Shown here: positions 10,972-21,552 of the stretch, piece by piece
How positions within the stretch are numbered: the first letter of the stretch is position 1
Layout of the letters: each line of letters opens with the position of its first letter
Made by a program: the position numbers and the translations under genes
NCBI GenBank assembly: GCA_963826525.1
Contig: CAWGXH010000004.1
Location: 1,440,001 to 1,504,000 of the forward strand
DNA from: an uncultured Methanomicrobiaceae archaeon
Lineage (GTDB): Archaea > Halobacteriota > Methanomicrobia > Methanomicrobiales > Methanoculleaceae
Direction of reading: 5' to 3'
DNA: 64,000 bases
The notes under the pieces: model-generated
Database searches by the model: none
Seen by the model: the letters and a program-made list of their open reading frames with translations, nothing else
Told to the model about the DNA's origin: nothing

Positions 10972-11394
10972 TTAGTATTTGGCTCCGAGATAGGTGCTGA
11001 CCGCATCGAGGGTCACGTACGCCGAGCTGCTCAGCCGGTCGATGTGCGCCTTTGGAAGGGACTCCATTTCCTGCCCCTCGAACTCCGACGGAACACCGAC
11101 GAATACTTTGACCTTTTTGAATGCCTCGATTCCCCGCTCGCGCTTGTAGGGGAGCATACCGCGGATGGTACGCTTCACGATGTGATCGGGCCTGCGCGGG
11201 AAGAACGGGCCGCCTTCGCGCGAGCCACGCTTCCTTTTTTCGTCGTAGTGCCCAATGACATGTGCGCGGGTACCGGATATGATGGTCTTCTCAGCATTTA
11301 CGATGGCAATCTCTTCTCCCTCGAGTGACCGTTTGGCAACGGTGCTTGCCATTCTTCCAAGCAGCAGTCCGCTGGCGTCGATGATTGTAACCAT
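10972..11394 (-). CDS. rpl13: 50S ribosomal protein L13
   Basis: Start trimmed to [17 protein letters not shown]; [10 protein letters not shown]. Confidence 0.96.
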   Translation of the reverse strand: MVTIIDASGLLLGRMASTVAKRSLEGEEIAIVNAEKTIISGTRAHVIGHYDEKRKRGSREGGPFFPRRPDHIVKRTIRGMLPYKRERGIEAFKKVKVFVGVPSEFEGQEMESLPKAHIDRLSSSAYVTLDAVSTYLGAKY

Positions 11395-11399
11395 GTCGT

Positions 11400-11765
11400 T
11401 CACCTGAGAATCCGCACGCGGCTTCCCGTCGGGTTGTCCCGGACGAGCTCCTCGATGCTCATGCACGTACCGTCCGCTCCGGTGATCTTGCTCACCGCAG
11501 ACTCGGAAAAGTTCAGCGCGGCAACCTTCACCGGAAGGTCTAATAAGCCGCTGCCGAGCACTTTGCCGGGTACCAGGATCGTTTCGCCCTCGTTTGCATA
11601 TCGCCTGATCTTGCTGATATTTACTTCAGCGTAGTTCTGGCGGGGGGAATCCAGTCTCTTTGCAATCTCACGCCAAATATTCGCCTCATGGGTGCGTGAT
11701 GCATCTTTGAGCATCACGATAAGGCTGGTGAGGCGTGGGTTCGTCTTGTTAACTGACTTCTTCAT
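11400..11765 (-). CDS. rpl18e: 50S ribosomal protein L18e
   Basis: [23 protein letters not shown]. Confidence 0.96.
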   Translation of the reverse strand: MKKSVNKTNPRLTSLIVMLKDASRTHEANIWREIAKRLDSPRQNYAEVNISKIRRYANEGETILVPGKVLGSGLLDLPVKVAALNFSESAVSKITGADGTCMSIEELVRDNPTGSRVRILR

Positions 11766-12591
11766 CTGCACCCTCTCCCGTTATCTCCGTCAACACTTCT
11801 ACCAAGTCGTCTGATTTATTCTGGATATATTGCAGTGCTCTCTCGATGATCTCGCGGACCGGCAGGGACCCGTCGCCTTCGACGACAAAGATGAACCTGC
11901 TTTCATCAGCCTGAACGTGGATGGCAGGCTCTTCGCCGATCCCTCCGGCAAGGCATGCCTTCTCGCAGAGTTTGCACATGGAACAGAGCTCGATGCGTCC
12001 TTCCGCGACCTTTACGCCGCCGTGTCCCGCCTCAAGCACGCCCCGCGGGCACTCTTCGACACACATGCCGCATCCGTCGCAGTTCTCGTCGATGACGATG
12101 ACCGGGTAGTTCTTAAAGCCGCAGACAATGGTCGGTTGCCATTTTGCATGCTCTTTGCCGGTCCTGACGATGGCCTGCGCCTCGAGTACTATCTTCTGGT
12201 CTCTGGCCAGTTTGATGATAGGGACATCAGCCTCTGCCGGTGCGGCTTCGGGGTCCTGGGGGATCAGATCGCTTGAGTACACGACCCGCGGCCCTTCGAC
12301 GCTGAGTGTATAGGTTGCCGTGCAGACCGGACACCCGAGTTCGTCACAGGTGCACTCGTCCTTCCTCGCATACCTCCTGAGGTCTGTCTTGAGGGGGATG
12401 AGCCCGAGCCGGTGCGTCAGCATCTCGTCGAAGAGGACGCTTGTATTGTCATAGATCCGCACATCCTCGATGGCGAGCGTCGGGACCTCGCTGATCATGG
12501 CCCGTCTGATCGTATTGGCGAACGCAGGCGTAACTCCGCTCAGGACGAACTTCGCGACTCTCTCATCAGACTGAGCAAACGCAATATCCAT
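11749..12591 (-). CDS. rpoD: RNA polymerase subunit D (Rpo3) with ferredoxin-like insert
   Basis: ANTIRRAMISEVPTLAI, HRLGLIP, HAKWQP; CDGCGMCVEECP and CSMCKLCEKAC Fe-S motifs. Confidence 0.96.
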   Translation of the reverse strand: MDIAFAQSDERVAKFVLSGVTPAFANTIRRAMISEVPTLAIEDVRIYDNTSVLFDEMLTHRLGLIPLKTDLRRYARKDECTCDELGCPVCTATYTLSVEGPRVVYSSDLIPQDPEAAPAEADVPIIKLARDQKIVLEAQAIVRTGKEHAKWQPTIVCGFKNYPVIVIDENCDGCGMCVEECPRGVLEAGHGGVKVAEGRIELCSMCKLCEKACLAGGIGEEPAIHVQADESRFIFVVEGDGSLPVREIIERALQYIQNKSDDLVEVLTEITGEGADEEVS

Positions 12592-12985
12592 TAAACTCTC
12601 CTGCCTCTCCGTCCGCCTTTGCCACGGATCCCGTCGTGCGGCACCGGAGTGACGTCTTCGATACGACCGATCCTCATGCCTGCACGAGCGAGGGCACGGA
12701 TGGCTGCCTGACTCCGGGGCCGGGGCTGCGCTGTTTCCCGCGACCGGGTGCGCGAACCTTCACATGAACGCCGGTGATACCTTTTTCCCTGGCGTTCTGT
12801 GCGACCTGTATCGCCATCTGCATTGCCGCATATGGGGAACTTTCGTTCCTGTCCTGCTTTACCACCATACCGCCGCTGCTCTTGGTGACTGTCTCTGCAC
12901 CGGAGAGATCGGTGACGGTGATGATGGTGTTGTTGAAGGAGGCGAAGATGTGTGCGACGCCCCACTTCTCTTTATCAGCTGCCAT
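12591..12985 (-). CDS. rps11: 30S ribosomal protein S11 (1-base deletion near 12712, probable assembly error)
   Basis: N part [15 protein letters not shown]...RSPGPG in one frame, C part [11 protein letters not shown]...GRRGRRV in another. Confidence 0.95.
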
Positions 12986-12987
12986 TA

Positions 12988-13539
12988 TTATCTCACTCCT
13001 GCGCGTGCAATCCGGTCACGTTCGGGGTGAACCTCGTTCGTGAGCGGGGAGGGGCCGTAGTATCCGAGTTCTGCCTCTTCACTTCTGGAGACACGGTAGC
13101 TCGGGATGGTTACTCTGCGGCCGTTGATGGCGATGTGGCCGTGGGTGATGAACTGGCGGGCCTGTTTCGAGGAGCGTGCAAGTCCTTTCCTGCAGACCAT
13201 GGTCTGGAGGCGGCGGTCGAGCTGCTGCTCGACTTTGAGCGCGAGCACGTTGTCGATGTCGGCAGTCTCCGCCACGAGGCCGTAGCGGCGCAGGTGGGTC
13301 ATGAGCTGGTCGCGCTTCTTCTCAAACTCTTCCTGGTGCGTCGCTCCGGCGGATCTCAGTGCTACGAGTTCACGTGCCGCTTTACGGTACTTTCTGAGGA
13401 CACTCTGAGCCTTCCAGAGCTCACGCTTGTTGCGCAGGCCGTATTCGATGACCAGACGCTTCTCGTCTTCGATCCGCGTCTTCTCAAAGCGCCTCTTCGG
13501 CGTGGCGTACTGTTTGTGGTTCTTTCCTGGATATCCCAT
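12988..13539 (-). CDS. rps4: 30S ribosomal protein S4
   Basis: [26 protein letters not shown]. Confidence 0.97.
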   Translation of the reverse strand: MGYPGKNHKQYATPKRRFEKTRIEDEKRLVIEYGLRNKRELWKAQSVLRKYRKAARELVALRSAGATHQEEFEKKRDQLMTHLRRYGLVAETADIDNVLALKVEQQLDRRLQTMVCRKGLARSSKQARQFITHGHIAINGRRVTIPSYRVSRSEEAELGYYGPSPLTNEVHPERDRIARAGVR

Positions 13540-13553
13540 TGTTTACACCAGCG

Positions 13554-14003
13554 TTATGCTTTCTTCCTCTTCACACCGACAGTCGTGCCCGTTCTACCCG
13601 TGGACTTGGTGCGCTGACCTCTGACCTTCTGCCCCGTCTCGTGTCTGATGCCACGGTAGCAGCGGATCTTGCGCATGCGGTTGATGTCCTCTTCCTGCAT
13701 CATGACAAGGTCGTTGCCGAGGAGGTGTTTGGACTCGCCGGTGTAGATATCCTTCGGGCGGTTAACCATCCAGGTCGGAACCGTGGCGGTGTACGCTTCG
13801 ACGGCATCTGCAAGGCGTGCTACCGAATCGTCGTCAAGTCTTCCCATAATTGCACGCGCGTCGACCGCAGCGAGCTGGGAGATCGTCTGTGACGTGTGGG
13901 GGCCGATTCCCTTGATCCCGGTCAGCGCGATCTGCACTGCCTTGGTTCCATCGAGATCGGTGTTCCTGATCCGAACAAAGTATTTTATCTCTTCTTCATC
14001 CAT
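13554..14003 (-). CDS. rps13: 30S ribosomal protein S13
   Basis: [27 protein letters not shown]. Confidence 0.97.
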   Translation of the reverse strand: MDEEEIKYFVRIRNTDLDGTKAVQIALTGIKGIGPHTSQTISQLAAVDARAIMGRLDDDSVARLADAVEAYTATVPTWMVNRPKDIYTGESKHLLGNDLVMMQEEDINRMRKIRCYRGIRHETGQKVRGQRTKSTGRTGTTVGVKRKKA

Positions 14004-14051
14004 GAAATCGCCTCTTGACAGGTGGTGTCAGTGGTTGCAATCGTTTGGAAG

Positions 14052-14136
14052 CGCTGAGGGAGGGATTTGAACCCTCGAGTCCCAGGGGGACACAGGTTTA
14101 GCAAACCTGCGCCATACCAGGCTTGGCTACCTCAAC
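14052..14136 (-). tRNA. tRNA-Ser(GCT)
   Basis: GTTGAGGTAGCCAAGCCTGG...CAGGT-TT-GCT-AA-ACCTG, long variable arm, GGTTCAAATCC, discriminator G. Confidence 0.95.
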
Positions 14137-14250
14137 ATAGAATTTCGCATCACTCGATACTCGCAACACCATGAGGTGCTGCTCCAGACACAGCTTTCTA
14201 TGACTTGTGCTTTATATCGTGTGCAGGATTCGGTAATAACTGTTGTGGTG

Positions 14251-15216
14251 TTAGGGGGTCGTTCCGCCCCGCTTCACGCCACTTCCGAGCAGGCCTGAGG
14301 TGATGATGGGAAGCGCGATGGTTGCATCGCAGAAGCACTGGACACGGGGGGACTGCGGCGCTTCCTTGCCCCAGCTGATGGCTTCTTCGAATGTACACCC
14401 GGAAAGGCCGCCCCAGTGCGGTGCATCGGTGGTATACTGTATTGCATAGGCGTGCCCGCCGAGATTCTGGTCGTGGATCGATGCGATCACCTGGGTCTGC
14501 TGGATGAAGTTTTTCGGAACACCGCCGCCGATGTAGATGACGCCGGTCTTCCGCGCTTTCTCCACGATCTTCGTGATCTCGTCGGTATCGGCCAGCTGGT
14601 CGACGTCGACGGAGATGCCCCGGCGCCGCGCCATGACGAGCCCGATGCCGATAGAGGAGTCGCAGAGCGCGGGGATGAAGATCGGGACGCCGTACTCCGC
14701 GCAGGTGGCGACGAGTGACTGCCCCTCGGGCCGCTGTTCCATGAGCCACCGCCCGAGCCGCTCGATGAACTCCCGCGACGAGCCTTTGAACGGTGCGAGT
14801 TCTTCGGCGAACCGTGCGATCTCCGCATCGATCTCCCGAAACTGCCCCTCATATGCGAAGACGTCGTAAATTCGATCGATCCCCTGCTCGAAGAGCGCGG
14901 AGTCGTCGGCGTGGTGGTGTCCGAGGTAGTGGCGTACGCCGAGGTGTTCGCACGTATCGTGGAATATGTTCGCGCCTGTCGATACGATTACGTCGACAAG
15001 ACGGTTCCTGACGAGTTCGATCAGGCAGGTCTGCATGCCTGCGGGGATCATTGCGCCGGAGAGCCCCATCAGGATGGTGCACTCGGGATCTTTGAGCATG
15101 TCTGTCCATATCCCCAGAGATTCGCCGAGTTTCCTCCCCTGGAAACCTGTTTTACTCATCGACTGAAGGAGAGCCGTGACGTTGACATTCGGTTCGACTG
15201 GCTGCGTTGGCTTCAT
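14251..15216 (-). CDS. dys: Deoxyhypusine synthase
   Basis: TGFQGRKL, SGAMIPAG, STGANIFHD, GGGVPKNF, GGLSGCTFEEAISWGK. Confidence 0.93.
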   Translation of the reverse strand: MKPTQPVEPNVNVTALLQSMSKTGFQGRKLGESLGIWTDMLKDPECTILMGLSGAMIPAGMQTCLIELVRNRLVDVIVSTGANIFHDTCEHLGVRHYLGHHHADDSALFEQGIDRIYDVFAYEGQFREIDAEIARFAEELAPFKGSSREFIERLGRWLMEQRPEGQSLVATCAEYGVPIFIPALCDSSIGIGLVMARRRGISVDVDQLADTDEITKIVEKARKTGVIYIGGGVPKNFIQQTQVIASIHDQNLGGHAYAIQYTTDAPHWGGLSGCTFEEAISWGKEAPQSPRVQCFCDATIALPIITSGLLGSGVKRGGTTP

Positions 15217-15583
15217 GGCAAACTTCGCTATGGGGTTTCGATTGAGGAGTATTAATACCTGGTACGGTCGTCAACAATGGAAGACCGAAGGGGAGCTCAT
15301 GGAAAAGTGGGTTCTATCGCACCTGTCCGCAACCGGGCAGGAGTCTGCTGCGCTTTTCGGGGACGTCGCCTGTCCGGTATTCGAGCCCCGGGTTCGCTGT
15401 GAGTTTGGCCCGGCACGCTCTCCCCGGAGTCCGGGACTGCCGGTAGGAAAAGCCGTTTTATCGCCGTAAAAGGTATTTCAAAATTCTTCGGATCAAGCGC
15501 ATCGGCTGCCGGGGGTTCCCTTTCCCTTATTGCGCCTCCATCGCTTCGATATGAACCGAAACTAAAACTGCTTGATTGTGAGG

Positions 15584-16026
15584 TTACGGTATCGTCCGTA
15601 CCGGCCCGATTACCGTTAAAGTATTGTCAATGTGATCGATCGCCACGTATGCGCCGCCGTCTATCTCAGCGTAGGGCCTGCCGAAAGGTTCGCTGGTCCA
15701 CGTCCACGAGGAGTTGTTCGGCGTACAGCGGTTCGCCTCCCGCATGATGTATGCTTCGTGCGGGAGAGATGGTTTCAGCACGACGAGCCCGGTGCACGTA
15801 TTCGAAGGGTCGTCCGTGACGACGTCGCCAGTGGTGAACTTTGGCTGGATATATGGAGTGCCCGGCGGGTTTGTATCAATGCGTTCGGTTGTCGGAACTG
15901 GTGGGGGGGAGCGGAGGCGGTTGTGGTGTTTTGAATCCCTGTCCGGTCTGACATACACCCCGCCGTCAGAATGGCGCTTACCGTGATCAGAAGCAGCAGG
16001 CGTATGAGGTAATGTTTTCCGGCCAT
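15584..16026 (-). CDS. Putative lipoprotein/secreted protein, frame change at the G run near 15903-15909
   Basis: MAGKHYLIRLLLLITVSAILTAGC (lipobox-like) continues after the homopolymer as PT-rich linker plus PKFTTGDVV domain. Confidence 0.65.
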
Positions 16027-16424
16027 GAGAGGTGGTTCTCGCGAGGGCATATATTCGTATTGGCGATTCCGGGATAGATGCGGATGCGCTTTTTTGAAAA
16101 ATCTGGAAAACCGGTGACGTCTCGCGACGAGGGATGATCGTTGTGGCTTGCGGTTGATAGAGGGCACTCGCGCTTCGAACCGGACCACGACGGACATCTC
16201 CACGGGGACCAGGGGAGGGGGCGAGCCCCTTCCCCTTGCAACCCCTTCCCGCTTGCGATTGCCCCACGGTCAACTGTATTGTCTCGGCGGCGCGTTCCTG
16301 GCCGGTGGCCGGGAGACCTTTGGCATGCTTCTCTCTCCTGTCCGCTGCATGGGGCACACACATCCTAAAGCCTCCGCTCCCGCTAAGCGATAGCCGAAAA
16401 AAAGTAACGTTGTATTTCCGCCGC

Positions 16425-17208
16425 TTACAGCGCCTGAACCAGCGAGTTCCGGGTAACGATGCCGATCACTTTCCCGTTCTCCGTGATCGGCATTGAACTG
16501 ATGTTCCTCTTGAGCATCAGGTCGATGATCTCCGAGATACCTGTGTCCGCCGTGACGGTGATCAGGGGCGAGGTCATAATGTCCCGGACGAGGAGGTTAC
16601 GGATCCGGTGGTCCTGGTAACTTGCTCTCCACGACCTCCTTGAAGGAGAACATCGCCTTGGCGACATCCGTCTCGGTCACAATGCCGAGCGTCGTATCGT
16701 TGTCGTTGACGATGAACCGGTCGATGTTGTCGTCGAGCATCCTGCGGCGCAGGTGCACGGCACGCTCTTCTGCCTGGATGGTGTATGCAGGCACCATGAC
16801 GTCTGCAAGTGTCCCTGCCGGCCGCAGCACGCGGAGGATCTCCCCGGATCCGACCTGGCCGATGAGATGGTGTTCGCTGTCCAGCACCACGACGAGTTTG
16901 TAGCGCTGGAGCAGGGGAACCAGAACGCCGAGGTTCTGGTCGGGGTAGGCGGAGGTGAAGTCTTCCTCGACGGTATTGGCTACGTGAATGGACGTTGCCG
17001 CAATCGTGGAGTTTTTCCTGCTTCCGAGGCTCTCGGCGATAGCAGCCCGGGAGGTTGTACCGACAACGGTGCCGTTGTTGGTGACGATGAGCGGATCGGC
17101 TCCTTCATCGAGCATCTTTTTGAGGGCTTCACTGACGACTGCGGACTTTGCAATGGTGAGGGGCCGTGACATCACGTCTTTGACCTGTATCTGAAATCTC
17201 TCGCTCAT
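16425..17208 (-). CDS. CBS-domain protein (two CBS pairs), +1 frameshift near 16620
   Basis: VKDVMSRP, LGIVTETDV, then YQDHRIRNLLVRDIMTSP...IGIVTRNSL in the next frame. Confidence 0.88.
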
Positions 17209-18044
17209 TTTGCCACTTCCTTGATGATATCATCTCGTTTGATAATTCCCTTTACTTCCTCGCCGTCGACGATGGCGAGGCTGTTGATGTGGTGCTGGAG
17301 CATGGTGGCGACTGCTTCGCCGAGGGATGTCTCCGAACCGGTGGTGATCACCGGGCGGCTCATGATATCCTCCGCGACTGCAGCCACTTCTGTGACGTAT
17401 CTGAAGCGTTTTCTCCCTGCAGGTTCGGCTTTCCGAAGATGCGTGACATCTTTGACCGGCAGGTTCCGCTTCTCGTCCAGGTATTCGAAGAAGGCGAGGT
17501 TGCTCTCTGTAATGATACCTGCCAGGCTTCCATTATCATTAACGACGATGAGTTTATCACTGTTCTCTTTTATCGTGTCGATGATGTGATCCAGCGAGTG
17601 GTAGCGGTTGACGGTGACGGGTTCCTCCATGACGGCGTCGACGCGTCCGGTCAGGCCACGGACGTGTGCGGAACGCATGAGATCGGACTTCGTTACGATG
17701 CCGGTAATGCTCCCTTCCTCGATGACCGGCAGTCCGCTTATGTCGCGTTCGAGCATTATCCGTGCAATCTTCCGGGTGGTTGTTTCAGGGGAGATTGTAA
17801 TCGGTTCCGGAGCCATCAGGATACTGACCGGGATTCGGTCGATGGGCCTTCGCCGCCAGATCGGTTCGGTATGCCGCAGGCCGTAGGCGATATCCTTCTT
17901 GGTAAGAATCCCGGAGAGGGCGGTGCCTTCCATGACCGGCAGGCGGGATACCCGGTGCCTGAGCATGAGGTTCCGGGCATGCCCGATACTCTCTGTCGGC
18001 GCCACGACATAAACCGGTGACGACATCACGTCAACTGCGTGCAT
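17205..18044 (-). CDS. CBS-domain protein (two CBS pairs)
   Basis: DVMSSP, SRLPV, GILTKKDI, SGLPV, GIVTKSDL, GIIKRDDI. Confidence 0.93.
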   Translation of the reverse strand: MHAVDVMSSPVYVVAPTESIGHARNLMLRHRVSRLPVMEGTALSGILTKKDIAYGLRHTEPIWRRRPIDRIPVSILMAPEPITISPETTTRKIARIMLERDISGLPVIEEGSITGIVTKSDLMRSAHVRGLTGRVDAVMEEPVTVNRYHSLDHIIDTIKENSDKLIVVNDNGSLAGIITESNLAFFEYLDEKRNLPVKDVTHLRKAEPAGRKRFRYVTEVAAVAEDIMSRPVITTGSETSLGEAVATMLQHHINSLAIVDGEEVKGIIKRDDIIKEVAK

Positions 18045-18051
18045 CTTTCTA

Positions 18052-18993
18052 TCACTCCTCTAAAAATGCCTTCACAAGATCATACTCGGTCACGAGACCG
18101 ACGAGGTGCGAGTCTTCGATGACCGGCATCGCACCGATATGCTGCCGGAGCATCTCGACGGCCGTATCGTGGATGTTCTTCTCCGGCGTTGTGGTGTGGA
18201 GATCCCCGGACATGAGGGCGCGGATAGGGAGCCCCATGACGTCGGCGGCGTCCCCGGTAACCAGTTTCTCAAAGACCTGGCCCTTCCCGAGGTAGTTCAT
18301 GATATCGGTGGCGGTGATGATGCCGCAGAGGACGTCGTCGCTGACGACCGGGAGCCGCCGGAACTGGTATTTCACCATCTTGCCGCTGACCTCGGTGACG
18401 GGGCTGTCGGGCCGGGCGACCCGTACCGACGTGTTCATGATCTCCTCCACGGTCTGGCTCGAGTGCTCAGTCGCGAGGACCTTCATGACATCCCGCTCGG
18501 TGACGATGCCTTTGAGGTTCCCATCGCCATCGACGATGGGAACGCCGCTGACGTTCCTGTTCAGGATGATGTCGACGGCATCGGCAATGTGGGCGCCATC
18601 GTTCAGGGTGATCAGGTACGGGGTCATGATCTCCCGGAGGCTCTCGTTGATCGCTGCGAGGAAGTTCCCCTTGTGCTTCACGGTAACCAGGTTGTACTTG
18701 TCGCCGCCGCCCATGAAATTGATGATATCGCTGTTCGTGACGATTCCGCGCAGTTTACCGCTTCCCGCATCGGCGACGGGGAGGCGGCGGAATCCTTCAC
18801 GGGTCATGATCTCGACGGCCTGGATGATCGGGGTCGTCTGCGGAACGGTGATGACGTCCCTGGTTGCGTAAGCCATGATCTCGCCGTCCTGCTCGGCAAT
18901 CCGTGATTTGAAGTTGACCGGGCCGCGGTGGAGTTTTCCTGGCATCTTTAACAATTTATCGGCCTGTTTCTTCTTCTGGTCATTCTGATGCAT
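18052..18993 (-). CDS. CBS-domain protein (two CBS pairs)
   Basis: RRLPV, GIVTNSDI, SGVPIV, GIVTERDV, GIITATDI, GLVTEYDL. Confidence 0.93.
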   Translation of the reverse strand: MHQNDQKKKQADKLLKMPGKLHRGPVNFKSRIAEQDGEIMAYATRDVITVPQTTPIIQAVEIMTREGFRRLPVADAGSGKLRGIVTNSDIINFMGGGDKYNLVTVKHKGNFLAAINESLREIMTPYLITLNDGAHIADAVDIILNRNVSGVPIVDGDGNLKGIVTERDVMKVLATEHSSQTVEEIMNTSVRVARPDSPVTEVSGKMVKYQFRRLPVVSDDVLCGIITATDIMNYLGKGQVFEKLVTGDAADVMGLPIRALMSGDLHTTTPEKNIHDTAVEMLRQHIGAMPVIEDSHLVGLVTEYDLVKAFLEE

Positions 18994-19010
18994 GGTGTAA
19001 CCTTCCTTTT

Positions 19011-19763
19011 TTACGTTGCAAACGATTTTAAAACGTCGTGCCGGTCGATGATGCCGACGAGGTGCGTGCCGTCTACGGCAGGAAGCCTGCTGATATTATG
19101 CCTGACCATCAGGTCGGCGGCGGTTCTGACCGGGTCGTCCGGGGAGACGGTGATGACCGGCGTCGTCATGATGCGCTCCACGGTGAAGTCGGCGCCATTT
19201 TTCACTGCGGTTCGGACACTTCCCGCACGCAGAAGGTCTCTTCTCGAGACGATCCCGATAAGTTCTTTCTTTGTCGCGACCGGGAAGGCCGAGAAACCGC
19301 TTGTGGTGATGAGACTGTATATTCCGGCTATCGGGTCATGCGGCCCGCAGGCGACGACGTCCCGTGACATGACATCTGCTACCCGGCCGCGTATCTCGTT
19401 CCGTGAAGCGAGTACCGGGAAGAGATCCGAGAGGAGCACCCCCCCGAGAACCTTCCCGTCCGTATCGACGACTGCCGCGCTGTTGGTGATAGCGCTTCTG
19501 ATTGCGTGAGCGACCTCTTCAAGAGGTGTCTCGGGATTGACTCTGGCTGCTTCCTTGACGAATCCCTCGACGGTGACGTTCGACTTCGTCCCGGTTACCC
19601 GGAGGACATCGGAGATGTCCACGTATCCGAGCAGATGTCCCCGGTCGTCAGTGACGTAGAGTTCGCGAAAGACATCGTCCCGCAGGATACTGCGTGCTTT
19701 CGTTGCGAACTCATCGTAGCGGAGTTTAGGTATACTCACCATCAGATTTTCAGCGACTTTCAT
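19011..19763 (-). CDS. CBS-domain protein (two CBS pairs)
   Basis: Start trimmed to MKVAENLM; VADVMSRD, GIVSRRDL, SRLPAV, GIIDRHDV. Confidence 0.92.
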   Translation of the reverse strand: MKVAENLMVSIPKLRYDEFATKARSILRDDVFRELYVTDDRGHLLGYVDISDVLRVTGTKSNVTVEGFVKEAARVNPETPLEEVAHAIRSAITNSAAVVDTDGKVLGGVLLSDLFPVLASRNEIRGRVADVMSRDVVACGPHDPIAGIYSLITTSGFSAFPVATKKELIGIVSRRDLLRAGSVRTAVKNGADFTVERIMTTPVITVSPDDPVRTAADLMVRHNISRLPAVDGTHLVGIIDRHDVLKSFAT

Positions 19764-20323
19764 ATGATTCGATCCTCCTCCCGGCAGACTGGGCAGAGCA
19801 TCAGGACGTCGATACGCAGAAGGTCGTCCGACATATTCCCGCATCGGTCGCAGACACCCATTGCATACTCCTCCTCGCGGTTGATCTCGATGAGATCGGC
19901 CATGAGTTCGTTCATCTCGTTTGCTACGGTGAGGATGTCCCGGACGGTCACCATGCCGATGACGGTCTGGTTCTCGACCACGGGCAGCCTCCGAACCCGG
20001 TGCTTTACCATGATGTATGCGGCGTCGGCGACAAGTTTGTCGGCACCTATAGTGATGAGCGGGGTGCTCATTATCTCGCTGATGTATGCACTGCTCGGTT
20101 TTTTGTCCTGTGCAACCACTTTGCAGTTAATATCTTCTTCGGTGATGATCCCTATCGGGAGGTTATCTTTCAGGACGATGCAGCTGCCGACCTCGTCACG
20201 GCACATTGCCCGGGCTGCATGTGCGACCGTTTCGCCTATGTCGATTGTCGTCGGGTGGCTTCGCATCACTTCGCGGATAGGAACGCGTATCTCGAAGTGG
20301 ATTGAATCGTTGTGGTTCGTCAT
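19760..20323 (-). CDS. CBS-pair protein with C-terminal zinc ribbon
   Basis: IREVMRSHP, GIITEEDI, RRLPV, GMVTVRDI; C-terminal CDRC...CPVC. Confidence 0.92.
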   Translation of the reverse strand: MTNHNDSIHFEIRVPIREVMRSHPTTIDIGETVAHAARAMCRDEVGSCIVLKDNLPIGIITEEDINCKVVAQDKKPSSAYISEIMSTPLITIGADKLVADAAYIMVKHRVRRLPVVENQTVIGMVTVRDILTVANEMNELMADLIEINREEEYAMGVCDRCGNMSDDLLRIDVLMLCPVCREEDRII

Positions 20324-20394
20324 GAAATTCACCCTATATGGTCGCTCTTTTAGCTGATCCTTCAGGTTCACCTGTATCTAGGATTCAGCAGTAT

Positions 20395-20520
20395 AAAAGA
20401 ATTCTCGTGGCAAGCAAAGGGACTTTCGTCCTCGAATCGGATTAAATCACCTGCAATTACATATAATTATATTTATTTACGAGTGGCATAGTGTTACTAA
20501 GTAGTGTAAAAAATAGAGGA
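20395..20520. promoter_or_regulatory. Divergent AT-rich promoter region between the CBS array and the GTPase operon
   Basis: AT-rich TATA-like tracts (ATATAATTATATTTATTTA about 20461-20479; TATAAAA about 20392) in a GC-rich genome. Confidence 0.55.
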
Positions 20521-20534
20521 GATGAGGGTGCAAA

Positions 20535-21177
20535 ATGACGTTCTTGGTAGCGTACAAAGCAGAAGATTTCACGGTTTCTGAAGACGTTCTTCAGGAAGCG
20601 CTCCTCCCGCATTGGCATCTACGGTCCGCCCAATGCCGGTAAGACGACGCTTGCCAACAGGATCGTGCGGGACTGGACCGGGGATGCTGTCGGGCCGGTC
20701 AGCGAAGTCCCTCACGAAACACGCCGCGTCCGCAGGAAGGAGAATATTACCATTACCGGCACCAACGGGAACTCCGTCACGATCGATATCGTCGATACGC
20801 CCGGGGTGACGACGAAGATCGACTATAACGAGTTCCTTGAATACGGCCTCGAGAAAGACGACGCGGTCAAGCGGGCGCGGGAGGCGACCGAAGGGGTTGC
20901 CGAGGCAATGCACTGGCTTCGGGAGGATATCGACGGCGTGATCTATATGCTCGACTCGACGCAGGATCCGTTCATGCAGGTCAATATCATGATGGTCGGT
21001 ATCATCGAGAGCAGGAAACTCCCCGTCATCATCGTTGCCAACAAAAACGATCTTCCCGATGCATCGGCAGCCCGGATCAAGAGCGCGTTCCCCCAGCACC
21101 CCGTCATCTCGATATCGGGTCTCGAAGGGAACAATGTGAATGATCTGTACGAGAAGATGACGGGCTACTTCGGGTGA
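20535..21177 (+). CDS. Era-like small GTPase (OapA/ArvA-like), +1 frameshift near 20548
   Basis: G1 GPPNAGKT lies upstream of the ORF-track start; TRR (G2), DTPG (G3), NKND (G4), SG (G5). Confidence 0.88.
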
Positions 21178-21545
21178 TGGAAATGATACAGGGTGTACAG
21201 ATTGACCTGATCTCTGCAGAACGTCTCGACCGGCTGACGCCGATGGAGAAGATCCGACTGATCCTCGACGATGTCATGGAGGGCAACATCGTCGTCCTTG
21301 AGCGCGGTCTTGCTCCCGACGAGCAGAGCAAACTTATCGAGGTGACGATGCGGGAGATCACGCCGGACGGGTTCTCAGGCATTGAGATGGAGACATATCC
21401 CCTCAAGGAAGCGGGTGGATTTTTCGCCCGGCTTCTCGGCGGGAGTAAGAGCGAGAGTCGCCTGACCGTCATCGGGCCGGCAAATCAGCTGAAGATGCTG
21501 AAGAAGGAGAAGGATCTCATCAGCGCGTGGGTCTCCTCAAGGTGA
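21174..21545 (+). CDS. DUF2073 protein (OapB/ArvB-like)
   Basis: MEKIRLILDDV, GLAPDEQSKLIEVTM, LTVIGPANQ; second gene of the conserved triad. Confidence 0.85.
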   Translation: MMEMIQGVQIDLISAERLDRLTPMEKIRLILDDVMEGNIVVLERGLAPDEQSKLIEVTMREITPDGFSGIEMETYPLKEAGGFFARLLGGSKSESRLTVIGPANQLKMLKKEKDLISAWVSSR

Positions 21546-21552
21546 GTGCGGG

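Noticed and set aside
11900-12100. Fe-S motifs inside RpoD
   Set aside because: Known feature of RpoD in many methanogens; not novel.
15230-15570. Intergenic region and ORF 15176-15469, considered as SRP/RNase P RNA or a small gene
   Set aside because: No SRP helix 8 or RNase P P4 motifs found and no convincing protein signal.
16140-16400. Possible RNase P RNA or group II intron end (GTGTG start on the minus strand)
   Set aside because: Lacks GAGGAAAGTCC-type motifs and a domain V hairpin; kept only as an unassigned structured repeat.
20535-20555. In-frame TAG upstream of the GTPase G1 motif, considered as pyrrolysine readthrough
   Set aside because: A TGA precedes it in the same frame and one extra base explains the break; no pyl genes are seen.
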